Shown here piece by piece: positions 18,759 through 28,964 of a stretch of 33,487 bases of DNA. Each line of letters opens with the position of its first letter. The stretch's first letter is position 1. The notes under the pieces were generated by a model. That model was not told where the DNA came from, ran no database searches, and saw only the letters and a list, made by a program, of their open reading frames with translations. This DNA is from Pseudobdellovibrionaceae bacterium (GTDB lineage: Bacteria > Bdellovibrionota > Bdellovibrionia > Bdellovibrionales > UBA1609): contig JAUVAX010000029.1 of the NCBI GenBank assembly GCA_030591685.1, forward strand, positions 1 through 33,487, given 5' to 3'. The position numbers were made by a program, and so were the translations under genes.

Positions 18759-19940
18759 TTACGGCAAGACGGCGTTATAGGCGCTCTCAAGCACTGGTAG
18801 AACCTGTCCCCTTTTTAAAACTTGACCATTCACATAAATGGCAGGGGTCCCTGTTACGCCAATGGTTTTTGCTAAGTTACTTTGAGCTTCAATGGATTTT
18901 TGTACTTCTTCAGAGTCCATGCAGGAGGCAAAATTGTCAGCATTAGCCCCCAACTCCTTAGACCAGCCGTTGAGCAACGAGGTCACATTTTCAAGGCTAG
19001 AACGACCTAATTGTTCAGAGTTTTCAAAAATTTTATTGTGCATTTTCCACCCGACTTTTTGTTGCCCTGAGCAGATAGTGGCTTTGGCCAGTAAACAACG
19101 GACTCCATTGCCTTTTGTGGGGATTACAGGGTTGCAAGACCCATCAAGTGGGAAGGTGTAAAACTTAAAAAGAGCCTCTGGGTGTGATTTTTTAAATGCA
19201 TCTAGGCTTGGAGAAGCCATTTTGCAATGCCCACATAAAAAGTCTGCAAACTCTGAAACTATAAACTTAGAATCCTTTTTTCCGTACTCAAGTGCTGGGG
19301 TGACATTCATTTCGTGAATAGTACTGGCTTGCCACTTTGAGACTTCAAGTTTAACTATTTTTGATAACCCACCAGCATCATGACTGTTTAATATACTGCT
19401 GTGAAGAAAAAAAGAAATCGCAGGGATCCCTATAAATATGGCACCAACAACGCCTAGATTTTGATTTATACCCTTTAAGTCCGAAATAAAGTGAGTTTTA
19501 AGCTCACCTTCTTTAGACCGCCGAGTTAACTCAAAGGTTATGGCCGAGAGAATGTAGCTTGCGACACATGAGAGGCAAAAAGTATTTAATAAAAACACAG
19601 AGACGGAGCCCATTATGAGTGACATTAAAAGAACAAAACCACTTAAATAAAAAGCCCATCTTAAAAGGCGTTCGCGATTTTCAGAAAGCCCAAGGTATAC
19701 AATCGTTAACAGGCTTAATAGGGCTAAATTTGTGGCCCCTCCCCAAATGGACAATGGCACCCCAAAAACAGTCGAGAAGGAGCTGGCAGTAATGGCATCA
19801 CAATTAAAAAGTGCATTTATATTGCAGGCACTTTTTGTACCCATAGCCAGTTTAAGTGCATAATAATTCGTTGTGGCATAAGCGTGTACAACAATGGATA
19901 ATAGAGACGAAAGTAAGGACCATTTTAATGTATTTTTCAT
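18759..19940 (-). CDS. VKOR-DsbA (thioredoxin) fusion protein
   Basis: VKOR loop Cys pair (C-NINALFN-C), SSFS, TM CLSC; DsbA DFLCGHC and GTP cis-Pro; AGGAG SD before ATG 19940. Confidence 0.92.
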   Translation of the reverse strand: MKNTLKWSLLSSLLSIVVHAYATTNYYALKLAMGTKSACNINALFNCDAITASSFSTVFGVPLSIWGGATNLALLSLLTIVYLGLSENRERLLRWAFYLSGFVLLMSLIMGSVSVFLLNTFCLSCVASYILSAITFELTRRSKEGELKTHFISDLKGINQNLGVVGAIFIGIPAISFFLHSSILNSHDAGGLSKIVKLEVSKWQASTIHEMNVTPALEYGKKDSKFIVSEFADFLCGHCKMASPSLDAFKKSHPEALFKFYTFPLDGSCNPVIPTKGNGVRCLLAKATICSGQQKVGWKMHNKIFENSEQLGRSSLENVTSLLNGWSKELGANADNFASCMDSEEVQKSIEAQSNLAKTIGVTGTPAIYVNGQVLKRGQVLPVLESAYNAVLP

Positions 19941-20095
19941 TAGAGCTCTCCTGCTGGTGAGCCATAAGATATCAACCAAGATTATTAATTGCACGGAATA
20001 ATTTAAACAGATGAGCTCAGGGGTCAATTTTAACTCTGAACTCGTTGCTATAAGTGAAAAGCAATGTAAAAATATTTTAATAAAGGGGCTCTGGC

Positions 20096-21721
20096 TTGTT
20101 AAAGAATAAACATTGGGTGGATATCAGAAAGGCTCTCCTTGCTCAGGTGAAATCACAGGTGCTCTTGCTTACAGGCCAGCTTACAGTAGGGTTAAAGGCT
20201 TATGCAGAAACCTATGAAAAGGAATTCGAGGGCCCTTGGAAGATATCAACACACCGAACTTTGGTTAATAATTTAAAAAAGGCGAGGCTTGTTCTCGGGG
20301 GCGAGTTTCATGCATTTTCTCAATCCCAACGGGCGCACTTAAGAATATTGCGAGACCTCCCCGACCAAAGGCCTGTGGTATTGGCGCTAGAGTGCTTCGA
20401 ATTTAGTCATCAAAAATATATAGATGCCTATTTTGAGGGCAAGATAACTGAAGATATGTTTTTAAAAAAAGTGAGTTGGGCTGAAAACTGGGGATTTCCG
20501 TGGCTTAACTATAAACCATTAATGGAGCTAGCGAGGGCAAGAAATATTAAAGTTGTTGGCGTCAATAAGGTTTATCAAGAAAGAACGCCAGAGACGTTAC
20601 TAAAGCGCGATATATATTCAGCCCAAAGGATACAGGAGCTGTTAAAAACGTATAAAGATTCTATGATTTATGTCATCTATGGGGAGTGGCACTTAAGTAT
20701 TGAGCATTTATATGGTTCTATTTTAAAGTTATCCCCTGAGCTAGAGGGTGAGGTCATTCGAATTATGCAAAATTCAGAAAAATTATATTTTGAAATCTCG
20801 AGTGACCAAAAAGAAAGTCAGGTGCAGGTGCTAGAGGGCGAAGGCAATAAATACTGCCTTATGAACTCACCGCCTTGGATACAATGGCAAAGCTATTTAA
20901 TGTTTATGGAGAAGACCTTTGATTTGACCCATTGTGAGGACGAAGAAGATCACACCATTGATTATACAGATCACCTGTATTCCCAGTTAAAATTTATAAT
21001 CAAAAATTTAAATATTAAAGTAAATTTTGATGATTTAGCCGTTTACAGTTCTACTGATGAAACTGTTTGGAACATATTAGAAACTAAAGTTTCTGCTGAG
21101 CAAAAGCCAATGGTTGATTATTATATTAAAAATGACCGAAGCTTTTACCTTGCTGAGTCTAATGTTCTTTACCTGTCTCGACCATCAATTAATCACCTGT
21201 CAACATTGGCCGGTTTATATCTTCAAAAAAAACTAAGTGATCGAACAACCACGCCTTTTCAAATGCCTCAATTTTTTATACAAAATATTTGGTTAGATTC
21301 ATTGAGCTTTTTTATTAGTAAATTAGTAAATCATAATAGAAAAAGTGAAACAGTTAAGAGCTTAAAGTTACAACTGGCATCTTCCCAGCCAAAAGATAGA
21401 GCTCGTGAGGTATTGCTGTTGGCTTTAGATCAAAGGTTGGCTGAAATCCTTGTTGTTGCTGGCCATAAAGATGCACAAAGACGTTTGATGCCTAAAAACA
21501 ATGAGGTCTATTTTGAGGCATCAAAAATTTTAGGAGGTATGTTGGGGGATAAACTTTACCAGGCTTACCGACAAGACAAAGTTTCGTCAAAAGAAGTTGT
21601 TGGTTGGTTAGAGGAAGATATCTTTTCGAGTCATTTTATTAAGAGCTATTATAAAAAATTATCTCTAGTTGAGAGCATTAAAATTAATCAACCAATAGAG
21701 GGGATTATTTATGACCTCTAA
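20096..21721 (+). CDS. ChaN/Tiki/EreA-superfamily domain protein with long C-terminal extension
   Basis: LVLGGEFH, LALECF, W...W..Y.PL...AR, RD, YGEWHL. Confidence 0.75.
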   Translation: MLKNKHWVDIRKALLAQVKSQVLLLTGQLTVGLKAYAETYEKEFEGPWKISTHRTLVNNLKKARLVLGGEFHAFSQSQRAHLRILRDLPDQRPVVLALECFEFSHQKYIDAYFEGKITEDMFLKKVSWAENWGFPWLNYKPLMELARARNIKVVGVNKVYQERTPETLLKRDIYSAQRIQELLKTYKDSMIYVIYGEWHLSIEHLYGSILKLSPELEGEVIRIMQNSEKLYFEISSDQKESQVQVLEGEGNKYCLMNSPPWIQWQSYLMFMEKTFDLTHCEDEEDHTIDYTDHLYSQLKFIIKNLNIKVNFDDLAVYSSTDETVWNILETKVSAEQKPMVDYYIKNDRSFYLAESNVLYLSRPSINHLSTLAGLYLQKKLSDRTTTPFQMPQFFIQNIWLDSLSFFISKLVNHNRKSETVKSLKLQLASSQPKDRAREVLLLALDQRLAEILVVAGHKDAQRRLMPKNNEVYFEASKILGGMLGDKLYQAYRQDKVSSKEVVGWLEEDIFSSHFIKSYYKKLSLVESIKINQPIEGIIYDL

Positions 21722-23450
21722 GCCGTCAGAGTGGTATGTTTTTGTAGAGGGAAGCCCTAATGGGCCACATACTTTGATTGAAATAGCAAAAAAAATTCGA
21801 TCAGGAGTTCTTTCCAGACATGATCTTGTTTACCGTGCCGGAGAAAATAAATGGCGCCCTATTAAGGAGTATAAGGAATTTTCAGAATTTTTGCACCAAA
21901 AGGAGAAGCGCCCAAGGGAAAACGAATGGGTCGTTCTCATAAGAAAGTCTAAAAGTACAGGGCAAAAATTTTCACAAATTGGGCCCGTGAATACGGCTAA
22001 AGTTATTGAGATGTTGCTTTCTGGTGAAATCACCGATCGAGATTATGTTTGGCAGGAGGGGATGGCCTCTTGGAAAAAAATATCTACAACCGATAAATTT
22101 AACTCTGAGGCTAGGGATCATCAGTCCAAACATTCAAAGGTTAATGATCTTGAAAAAAAAGAGCCTGTAAAGGTCCCCCTATCTGCTGTTGATGAAGAAT
22201 TTATCCCCACTGAAATTTACGGACTCGACTTAGCAATACCTGCCGTCGATTTAAATACTTTAAGGGGCCAAAAAATAGAGGATCACAAAAGTAAGATGTA
22301 CCCCATTCATAATGTTGTTAAAAAGGTAAAAGGGGCCATACTCAGTGAAAATTCAGGGTTTAAAAATGAAAGAGACGGGGCGAAACGGGACAGAAGAGAT
22401 GATCCAAGACGGAAGAACTCAAGGAGAAAGGGCTCGAGGAGAAGTAAGTCAAGGAGATCTCGAAAAAGGCAGGAACTGCTTTTAATGGGACTCATTGCTT
22501 TTTTTGCTTCGGTGGTAATGTTTTTAGTATTTAATCAATATAAAACTGAAATCCAGGCCAAATTTAGTAATATGTTTAGTGCGATTGAATCTAACGATCA
22601 GGACCTCTATGAAACTAAGAGGGGATCTCGTAACGCTAAAAGAGCCTCTTCTGAAAATGAAAACCGAGCTGTTAAAAAAAGAAACTCTAAAAAATCAAAA
22701 GCAGCTCTAAAAGCTAAACGAGAGTTCGAAAACAAAATGCCACCGACCTACTTAAAGGTATCAGCGAGAGGTTTTAAGGGGTCTCACCCCCAGCTATTTA
22801 TTAATTCTGATGCAAGTACTTATTATAAAATAGTAATAAAATTTGAGGCCAATGCTGGACAGGCTCAAAACGTAAAGAGTGTTTACTGGGTAAAATCTAT
22901 TAAAAGGCCAGATGGCGAGAAAAGGACTTTTGTGGCATTAAAAAAATTCCCCCTCCCTGATGGTCAATATAAAATTACAGTGTCACTAGGTGAGAGAGAA
23001 AAAAATATAAATATATTTTTAGGAAAAAAGAATAAGAAGTTTAAATCCTCAATTTTAAATTATCGTAAAATGAATAGTTATTGGATTAGTAAAGAGAAAA
23101 AGCGACTATTTACATCCTCAAGGAGAATTAGTCGGATTCATAATGAGATTAAGACCGCTATTAAAAAGCAGATGAGCAAAAAAAAATGGTCAAAATTTTA
23201 TTTAAAAAGTATGAGTCAAATTGTTTTATCTAACCGTACTGAGCTAAAGCAACTTCGTTCGAATAATAAATCTAAAATATTTTTTCCAAAGCTATGGAGG
23301 CGCTATAAGGTTTCGCTTGATGGTCTTAGGGAAATATTAAAGATCACGAATAAATCAAAGTATAAACTTGCTGTCATGCCGGATTTAAATGTCTTAGGTG
23401 TTGAAATTAAAAATTTATTAAGGTCTTCAGCCGAAGCCTCGTCGTGGTAG
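21711..23450 (+). CDS. Double GYF_2 (DUF4339) domain membrane protein
   Basis: WY......GP....I......G......LVYR.G...W and Q.GP.........G......VW.EGM..W; single TM after an Arg-rich stretch; basic C-domain. Confidence 0.82.
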   Translation: MTSKPSEWYVFVEGSPNGPHTLIEIAKKIRSGVLSRHDLVYRAGENKWRPIKEYKEFSEFLHQKEKRPRENEWVVLIRKSKSTGQKFSQIGPVNTAKVIEMLLSGEITDRDYVWQEGMASWKKISTTDKFNSEARDHQSKHSKVNDLEKKEPVKVPLSAVDEEFIPTEIYGLDLAIPAVDLNTLRGQKIEDHKSKMYPIHNVVKKVKGAILSENSGFKNERDGAKRDRRDDPRRKNSRRKGSRRSKSRRSRKRQELLLMGLIAFFASVVMFLVFNQYKTEIQAKFSNMFSAIESNDQDLYETKRGSRNAKRASSENENRAVKKRNSKKSKAALKAKREFENKMPPTYLKVSARGFKGSHPQLFINSDASTYYKIVIKFEANAGQAQNVKSVYWVKSIKRPDGEKRTFVALKKFPLPDGQYKITVSLGEREKNINIFLGKKNKKFKSSILNYRKMNSYWISKEKKRLFTSSRRISRIHNEIKTAIKKQMSKKKWSKFYLKSMSQIVLSNRTELKQLRSNNKSKIFFPKLWRRYKVSLDGLREILKITNKSKYKLAVMPDLNVLGVEIKNLLRSSAEASSW

Positions 23451-23583
23451 GTTTTTTACTTAAACTTGTCATAGAACTGCAGCGCTTTATGGCCAGGGTG
23501 TAAAACCATTACATCCAGGACTTTTGTCTGTGCCGTTTGTTTGTAAGTGAGACAATTATTGTAACTAACTACACCTCGAGCCT

Positions 23584-23610
23584 TCAATTACAGCCTTAAG
23601 TTGCCGATAT
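23584..23610 (+). promoter_or_regulatory. Sigma28 (FliA)-type promoter
   Basis: TCAA-N15-GCCGATAT versus consensus TAAA-N15-GCCGATAA; 7 nt before ATG 23618. Confidence 0.7.
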
Positions 23611-23617
23611 TTATTAC

Positions 23618-24301
23618 ATGAAGAATATTGTCTTTTTTAGTTTTACATTACTTTTAACAGCCTCTATTTTTGTTTTTTATGTGGTTGTTAATAATGAGCT
23701 CAGTGGAGTGGATCTTTTAGTCATTGAAAACAAGCTTTTAAAACATGAGCTCAAAAAATCAACCCTAAAGCAAGAGCTGATAAAATTTCATTTTGAAACT
23801 TATCGACAAGATGTAGCAGAGATTCTCCCCGAAGTGTTGCTTAAAAAAAGCAAAGGGGAGAGGTCCTTCCCTCTGCGGTCATTGGCCAGCGTTACGCAGC
23901 GTCACTCAAATGATCGCGTTTTTAGCCGACTTGGTAAAAAATTATTTATTAGAGGGCAAAGAGCTTTTCGGTTAGGTGGGTATAAAGAGAGTGTTAAGGC
24001 CCTAGAGGTGTTTGTCAGTGATTACTCTTACTCACGACATGTTATTGAAGCTTATTCGCTTTTAACGGAGTCCTACTACCAATTAGGTGATCTTGAGAAG
24101 TCTGTAAAGTTTATTGAAGCCATGGTGGATCAGTTTCCGAATCATGAGCTCACAGGATTTGCCCTTGTCAGAATGGGGACTATTTTAAGTCAGCAGGACC
24201 GTCGAGATGAGGCGGGGCAAGTTTACATGACTGTAATGGAGGCTTATAAGTCGACGCCCTCCTTGAGAAACCAAGCTCGATTACTGTTGAGTGGGCTATG
24301 A
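23618..24301 (+). CDS. Membrane-anchored TPR protein (YbgF/BamD-like repeats)
   Basis: N-terminal TM, coiled coil, three TPR-like repeats (F...Y..S....EA..LL..SYY.LG; FP......A....G). Confidence 0.8.
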   Translation: MKNIVFFSFTLLLTASIFVFYVVVNNELSGVDLLVIENKLLKHELKKSTLKQELIKFHFETYRQDVAEILPEVLLKKSKGERSFPLRSLASVTQRHSNDRVFSRLGKKLFIRGQRAFRLGGYKESVKALEVFVSDYSYSRHVIEAYSLLTESYYQLGDLEKSVKFIEAMVDQFPNHELTGFALVRMGTILSQQDRRDEAGQVYMTVMEAYKSTPSLRNQARLLLSGL

Positions 24302-25047
24302 AAAGGGCACTAGAGGTATTTGTATTTCTAGCTGTATATGTTTTAGATGTTAGAGTTAAGGCTGAGACCGTGGACCCAAATGAAGCACTTATTTTTTGGC
24401 CTTCGCACTGTTACAATAAAACTCTTCCTTGCACAGTTAAAAATTTGACTAAAAAAAGCAAACTTGTGCACCTTGGCGTTGAAATGTCTTTGTCATTAAA
24501 CGCAACGGTCACTTTAGCAACTCAAGGAGTGACCCTTGTGAGTGGAATTCTTTTGATTGAAAACAACTCCAACATAAATGTAAAGACATTGTACTCAGAT
24601 ATTAAAGTAAATGGGGCTGTGTTGCTAAAGGTGACGGGCCAGAGTATCGAGATCACCTCGCTTGAGGGCATCTCTGAAGCACGCAGACGTGGTGATGAGG
24701 TGTTTTATAGTATACCCCCTGGGTATACATATATTATCGGTGCTGTGAACAGTAAGGGAGTCGCTGATTTTGAATTTCCGCAATCGGCATCATTTGTGAG
24801 TGTTGTAAATAATTGGTCCTCTTTGTCATATATGACAAAACCAAAGTTTACTTTAAAGGCACAAGAATTTAGAGTGAGCAGCATAAATGCCGGATTATTT
24901 CTTTCAAAAACATATAAAACAATTATAGAAAGACGAATAGCCTCTCATCGTAAAATGTTAAAGAGGCGGCAATTAAATAAAGTAGTTAAGCAAAAAGAAA
25001 TAGAAGGGTTAAGAGCTTTATTTCGTAAAAAAAATTATTTAGAATAG
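24298..25047 (+). CDS. Hypothetical exported protein, beta-rich (possibly FecR-like) with basic C-terminal helix
   Basis: ATGA overlap with the TPR gene; signal-like N-terminus; L.SG...KT......V.G...LEG pattern. Confidence 0.7.
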   Translation: MKRALEVFVFLAVYVLDVRVKAETVDPNEALIFWPSHCYNKTLPCTVKNLTKKSKLVHLGVEMSLSLNATVTLATQGVTLVSGILLIENNSNINVKTLYSDIKVNGAVLLKVTGQSIEITSLEGISEARRRGDEVFYSIPPGYTYIIGAVNSKGVADFEFPQSASFVSVVNNWSSLSYMTKPKFTLKAQEFRVSSINAGLFLSKTYKTIIERRIASHRKMLKRRQLNKVVKQKEIEGLRALFRKKNYLE

Positions 25048-25434
25048 TTTATTAAAAGTTTAAACTCATTATTTGGCCTATTAAATTGAGCCATCCACAA
25101 ACCTTAAGTCATTGGGTTATTAATACTTTAAAATTAAATAGGGCCAGTTTTTGACGTTTAAAGTCTCGGTTCGTTGTAAACCCTGTAGAGATTCATGTAC
25201 CGACCTTGCATGTTGGCTTACGCTGCCATTGGCCTTTGAGGCTGTTTTAAAGGGTACGTTAAGGAATCAAGCCGTTTCTATAGGTCGATGAGGTTAAATA
25301 ATAATTAATATCTTAATTTTACATTCTTAAGTCCAGCGCCATAAGGCTGGATCAATGGGTATTGATTAGTCAATAAAGGCAAAAAAATGATATATTGATA
25401 GTAGGAAACCTAACTCTCATGGAGGAGAGGCTGT

Positions 25435-27093
25435 ATGTCAAGCGTCGATAGTTCAAATAAAAATGAAGATTCAATAAGGGCTCAGAGAGAGCATTATATA
25501 AAAAAAGAAAGCAATATTGTTAAAAAACATAGCAAGGAAATCCGAAGGCTTTCAGAGCAACATCATAAAGAGTTAGAGTCTTTAAAAAAATCTCATAGTC
25601 ACCGAATAAGAGATATTCAAAAAAAATCAAGAGATGATTTATTTAGGAGAGATAAGAAGAATAATGATGAAATCTTAAAGCTTAAGGACTTTCAAAGAAA
25701 ACAGACAAGAAAAATGGCCGAGGGCGCAGATGTCAAATACACAAATCTGAGGTACGCCACAAAGAAAGATCAATCGCTTGAAAAAAGTCGGCATCAAGAT
25801 CGTTTACTAAATATAAATAAGCAGTACACAAAAGATATTGGTAATTTAAAAAGACAGCATGAGGTTGAAATTGAATCTATGCGTAATTCACAAAAACAAA
25901 GTATTACAGATAGTGGTGAAAAAAAGGACCGAGCTCATAGTGTTGAAATTAAAACGCTTGAAAAAAACAGACAAGAAGCTATCCATAGTTTACAAAAAAA
26001 AATAATTGATCAACGTGAGACATCTGATCATAGAATCAAAACCCAAAAGCTATCTAACTTTAAAGATAAAGTGCGTATGCAAGATAATTTTATGGACAGT
26101 GTGCAGCGAGAAAGAGAGACCGCGAGCCATACAATGGATCGAATGCGTGATGGGTTTTCAAAAGGGCAGGCAGATACTCGAGCTAAGTATCAAAAGTCGA
26201 CAGAAAATCAAAAACAACAGCATATTAAATCGATCCACAAACTAGAGGAAGATGTTGTCGGTCGTCAAAACACAGAAGTTAGAAATTTAAAGCAAAAGGT
26301 AGAGAATTTAAAATCTCAAAATATTAGAGGTCAATTAGACAGCAAGTGGAAAACCAAGAAGCACGATGATAACTTGAAGCATGCCTATCAAAATCAATTA
26401 GAAGATATAAGAGAGCGACAAGTTAATTTAGTAGATGATTTTAATACAAAGAACGTAAAAGATATAAAAAAAATACGCAAAGAAACAAGTGATTTATTAA
26501 AAAATACTAATAAATATTATAAATCTGAGCTCATGATGAAAGATGATAAAAACAGAGAGGCTCTGAAAAATATAAAAGACACCTCTGAGGTGAATAAAAA
26601 GCTCAAGGAGAAAAACTTTAACAAAAGAGAGGAGACTTTAGTTAGTCGCTCGACTAATGAGAGAGAAAGCATGAAGAATTATTATTCAGCTACAATTGAT
26701 GATTTAAAAGAAAATAACGAAATACAGAAGCGTCAAATTGTAAGAAAGATTAATGCAGATCGAAGTCTTTCAGAGGCTAACCTTAGAGTGAGGGCTCAAA
26801 AAACACAAATTGATGATGCTAAGAGGCTAGATAGAACTATTCTTAAATATAAAAGAGAAATTGAGAAGTTAAACTCAGAGTCGATTATAAAAAGAAGATC
26901 AGAAAAGAGAAAAAATGACTCTACAGTGAGAAACATGAAACGGCTCCATGAAACCCAACTGACATCTGTCAAACAACAATATGAAGAGAAGCTAACACGG
27001 TATAAAGAAACAGAGAGAGGCCGAGCGCAGACAACTGAAACCCGGCATCGTGCTCAGATAGACAACTTGTTAAACGTAACAAAAAAATCTTAG
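25435..27093 (+). CDS. Highly charged coiled-coil hypothetical protein
   Basis: 552 aa dominated by K/R/E/D/Q/N, no Cys or Pro seen, GGAG/GAGG SD. Confidence 0.85.
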   Translation: MSSVDSSNKNEDSIRAQREHYIKKESNIVKKHSKEIRRLSEQHHKELESLKKSHSHRIRDIQKKSRDDLFRRDKKNNDEILKLKDFQRKQTRKMAEGADVKYTNLRYATKKDQSLEKSRHQDRLLNINKQYTKDIGNLKRQHEVEIESMRNSQKQSITDSGEKKDRAHSVEIKTLEKNRQEAIHSLQKKIIDQRETSDHRIKTQKLSNFKDKVRMQDNFMDSVQRERETASHTMDRMRDGFSKGQADTRAKYQKSTENQKQQHIKSIHKLEEDVVGRQNTEVRNLKQKVENLKSQNIRGQLDSKWKTKKHDDNLKHAYQNQLEDIRERQVNLVDDFNTKNVKDIKKIRKETSDLLKNTNKYYKSELMMKDDKNREALKNIKDTSEVNKKLKEKNFNKREETLVSRSTNERESMKNYYSATIDDLKENNEIQKRQIVRKINADRSLSEANLRVRAQKTQIDDAKRLDRTILKYKREIEKLNSESIIKRRSEKRKNDSTVRNMKRLHETQLTSVKQQYEEKLTRYKETERGRAQTTETRHRAQIDNLLNVTKKS

Positions 27094-27110
27094 AATTTAT
27101 GGAATAAAAT

Positions 27111-28598
27111 ATGTTAGCAGACCGCAGAGTTAAAATTGTAGCAACCATTGGGCCATCGACATCTTCTAAAAAAGCTCTTCGTCAGGCCATTGAGGCTGGG
27201 ATGAATGTCGCTCGCCTAAACTTTTCACACGGGTCGCATGAGACACATAAAGAGGTCATACGCTCAATTAGGGAGCTTTCTACAGAGTTAAAGGCACCTG
27301 TGACAATTTTACAGGACTTACAGGGCCCGAAAATGCGTGTAGGTCGGTTTAAATCAGGGTCTATTGAACTTGTTCAAGGGGCTAAAGTCACTATCGATAC
27401 TGAGTTAGAGTTAGGGGAGGAAGGGCAAATACCGACCGACTTTAAAGAGCTTTCTAGTGTTTGCAAGGTTGAGGCCAAAATCCTTTTAGATGATGGGTTG
27501 CTAGAGTTACTCGTGTTAAGTATTAGTGGTTCAAAAATTTTATGCGAAGTTATTTATGGTGGGACCTTAAAGGACCGCAAGGGTATGAATTTGCCTGGAG
27601 CAAATTTACCAGTTGAGTGCTTGACGGAGAAAGACTTAGAGGACCTTGAGTTTGGTTTATGTCAAAATGTAGACTATGTGGCATTGAGTTTTGTAAGACA
27701 GGGCACTGATATAAAACGTCTTAGAGAGCTTATTGAGCAAAAAAAACAAGGTACTCGCATAGTGGCTAAAATAGAGATGTTAGAGGCCATCAATAACCTG
27801 CATGAGATTGTAGAGCTTAGTGATGCCGTAATGGTTGCTAGAGGTGACTTAGCTGTTGAGGTGGGGCAAACAATGCTTCCGGGGTTACAAAAAAAAATAA
27901 TTAAAATATGTAATGAGTTAGGACGCCCTGTGATAACAGCCACTCAAATGCTGGATTCAATGGTGAGTAATCCTCGTCCGACGCGAGCTGAAATTACGGA
28001 CATTGCTAATGCTGTTTTAGATGGTTCTGATGCTCTAATGCTCTCGGCCGAAACAGCAAGTGGTACATATCCGTTTAAATGCATAGAGGTTATGGATGAG
28101 ATTATTAGAGAGGTCGAGCGAAACGGTGAATATTACTATAGTATTAATTTAGAAAAGGAATTTCTCTCCGTTGCGGACACAATAGCGGCCAGTGCTTGTT
28201 TGTCGGCTTTAAAGCTGAATGCCTCGGCCATTGTGAGCTTAACAACAAGTGGTAAAACAGCACAAATGATCTCTACCTATCGCCCGAAGGCCAGAATAAT
28301 AGCTGTTACAGACATTATTAGTACTTTAAATCGATTAGAACTTATTTGGGGGATACAGACATTTAAAATTAACGCTTACAACTCGACAGATGAGGCCATG
28401 GTGCAAATCCAAAGAATGCTTTTACAGTATAATTTAGTGAAGCCTGGTGATAAGGTTATTTTAACTCTTGGTGTCCCTGTATTAGAAAAGGCCAAAACAA
28501 ACTCACTACGTGTATACACGATATTGGATTTAGACCCACCAGAACTCAGTCAAAATAAATTACCTCTAAGGTGCCAAAAAAGAGCTGTTCAAAAGTAA
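27111..28598 (+). CDS. pyk: Pyruvate kinase
   Basis: KIVATIGP, ARLNFSHG, DLQGPK, AKIE, MVARGDL, ATQMLDSM, PTRAE, MLSAETA. Confidence 0.99.
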   Translation: MLADRRVKIVATIGPSTSSKKALRQAIEAGMNVARLNFSHGSHETHKEVIRSIRELSTELKAPVTILQDLQGPKMRVGRFKSGSIELVQGAKVTIDTELELGEEGQIPTDFKELSSVCKVEAKILLDDGLLELLVLSISGSKILCEVIYGGTLKDRKGMNLPGANLPVECLTEKDLEDLEFGLCQNVDYVALSFVRQGTDIKRLRELIEQKKQGTRIVAKIEMLEAINNLHEIVELSDAVMVARGDLAVEVGQTMLPGLQKKIIKICNELGRPVITATQMLDSMVSNPRPTRAEITDIANAVLDGSDALMLSAETASGTYPFKCIEVMDEIIREVERNGEYYYSINLEKEFLSVADTIAASACLSALKLNASAIVSLTTSGKTAQMISTYRPKARIIAVTDIISTLNRLELIWGIQTFKINAYNSTDEAMVQIQRMLLQYNLVKPGDKVILTLGVPVLEKAKTNSLRVYTILDLDPPELSQNKLPLRCQKRAVQK

Positions 28599-28714
28599 AA
28601 TTTAACTTTATCAAGTATGCTAAAGCTCTCCTCTATAAGGGGATCTAAATTAAAAAGGGCCGGTCTTAGAGGGTTAGTCACATATTTAAACAGGGTACGT
28701 TGAGTGCCAGTGAA

Positions 28715-28729
28715 GTATCAAGATAAGAC
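28715..28729. promoter_or_regulatory. Upstream copy of the GTCTCA-N3-TGAGAC palindrome
   Basis: GTATCA-AGA-TAAGAC (10/12 match), about 190 bp before the sigma54 element. Confidence 0.45.
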
Positions 28730-28897
28730 ATAAAAATAATTCATTTTCTTAAAACAATACATGTGGTTAAAATCGTATTAAAGAATAATACAAAAAAATT
28801 ATTCTCAAAAATCTTCTGTCTATGTGTTAGTCGAAATCAAAAGTTTTACGCTCCGCTTTGAGAGGTAATCTCTACACTGAGTACCTTTGAGTATGTA

Positions 28898-28934
28898 GTC
28901 ATATATTGAGATTTCTTGTGGCATGCTCTGTGCA
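28898..28934 (+). promoter_or_regulatory. Palindromic site plus sigma54 -24/-12 promoter
   Basis: GTCATA-TAT-TGAGAT (28898-28912), 6 nt, TGGCAT-GCTCT-GTGCA (28919-28934); AGGAGG SD and ATG follow. Confidence 0.75.
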
Positions 28935-28964
28935 TTATTTAGTAGTGGGTAGGAGGGTGTAATT

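Noticed and set aside
22375..22470. Purine-rich quasi-repeats in the GYF_2 gene
   Set aside because: Explained by the Arg/Lys/Ser-rich peptide; no regular DNA repeat unit.
25140..25360. c-di-GMP-I riboswitch or sigma28 promoter (TCAA...GTCGATGA)
   Set aside because: No GGCAAAC...GACGCAAAGC core, and the promoter spacer is only 13 nt.
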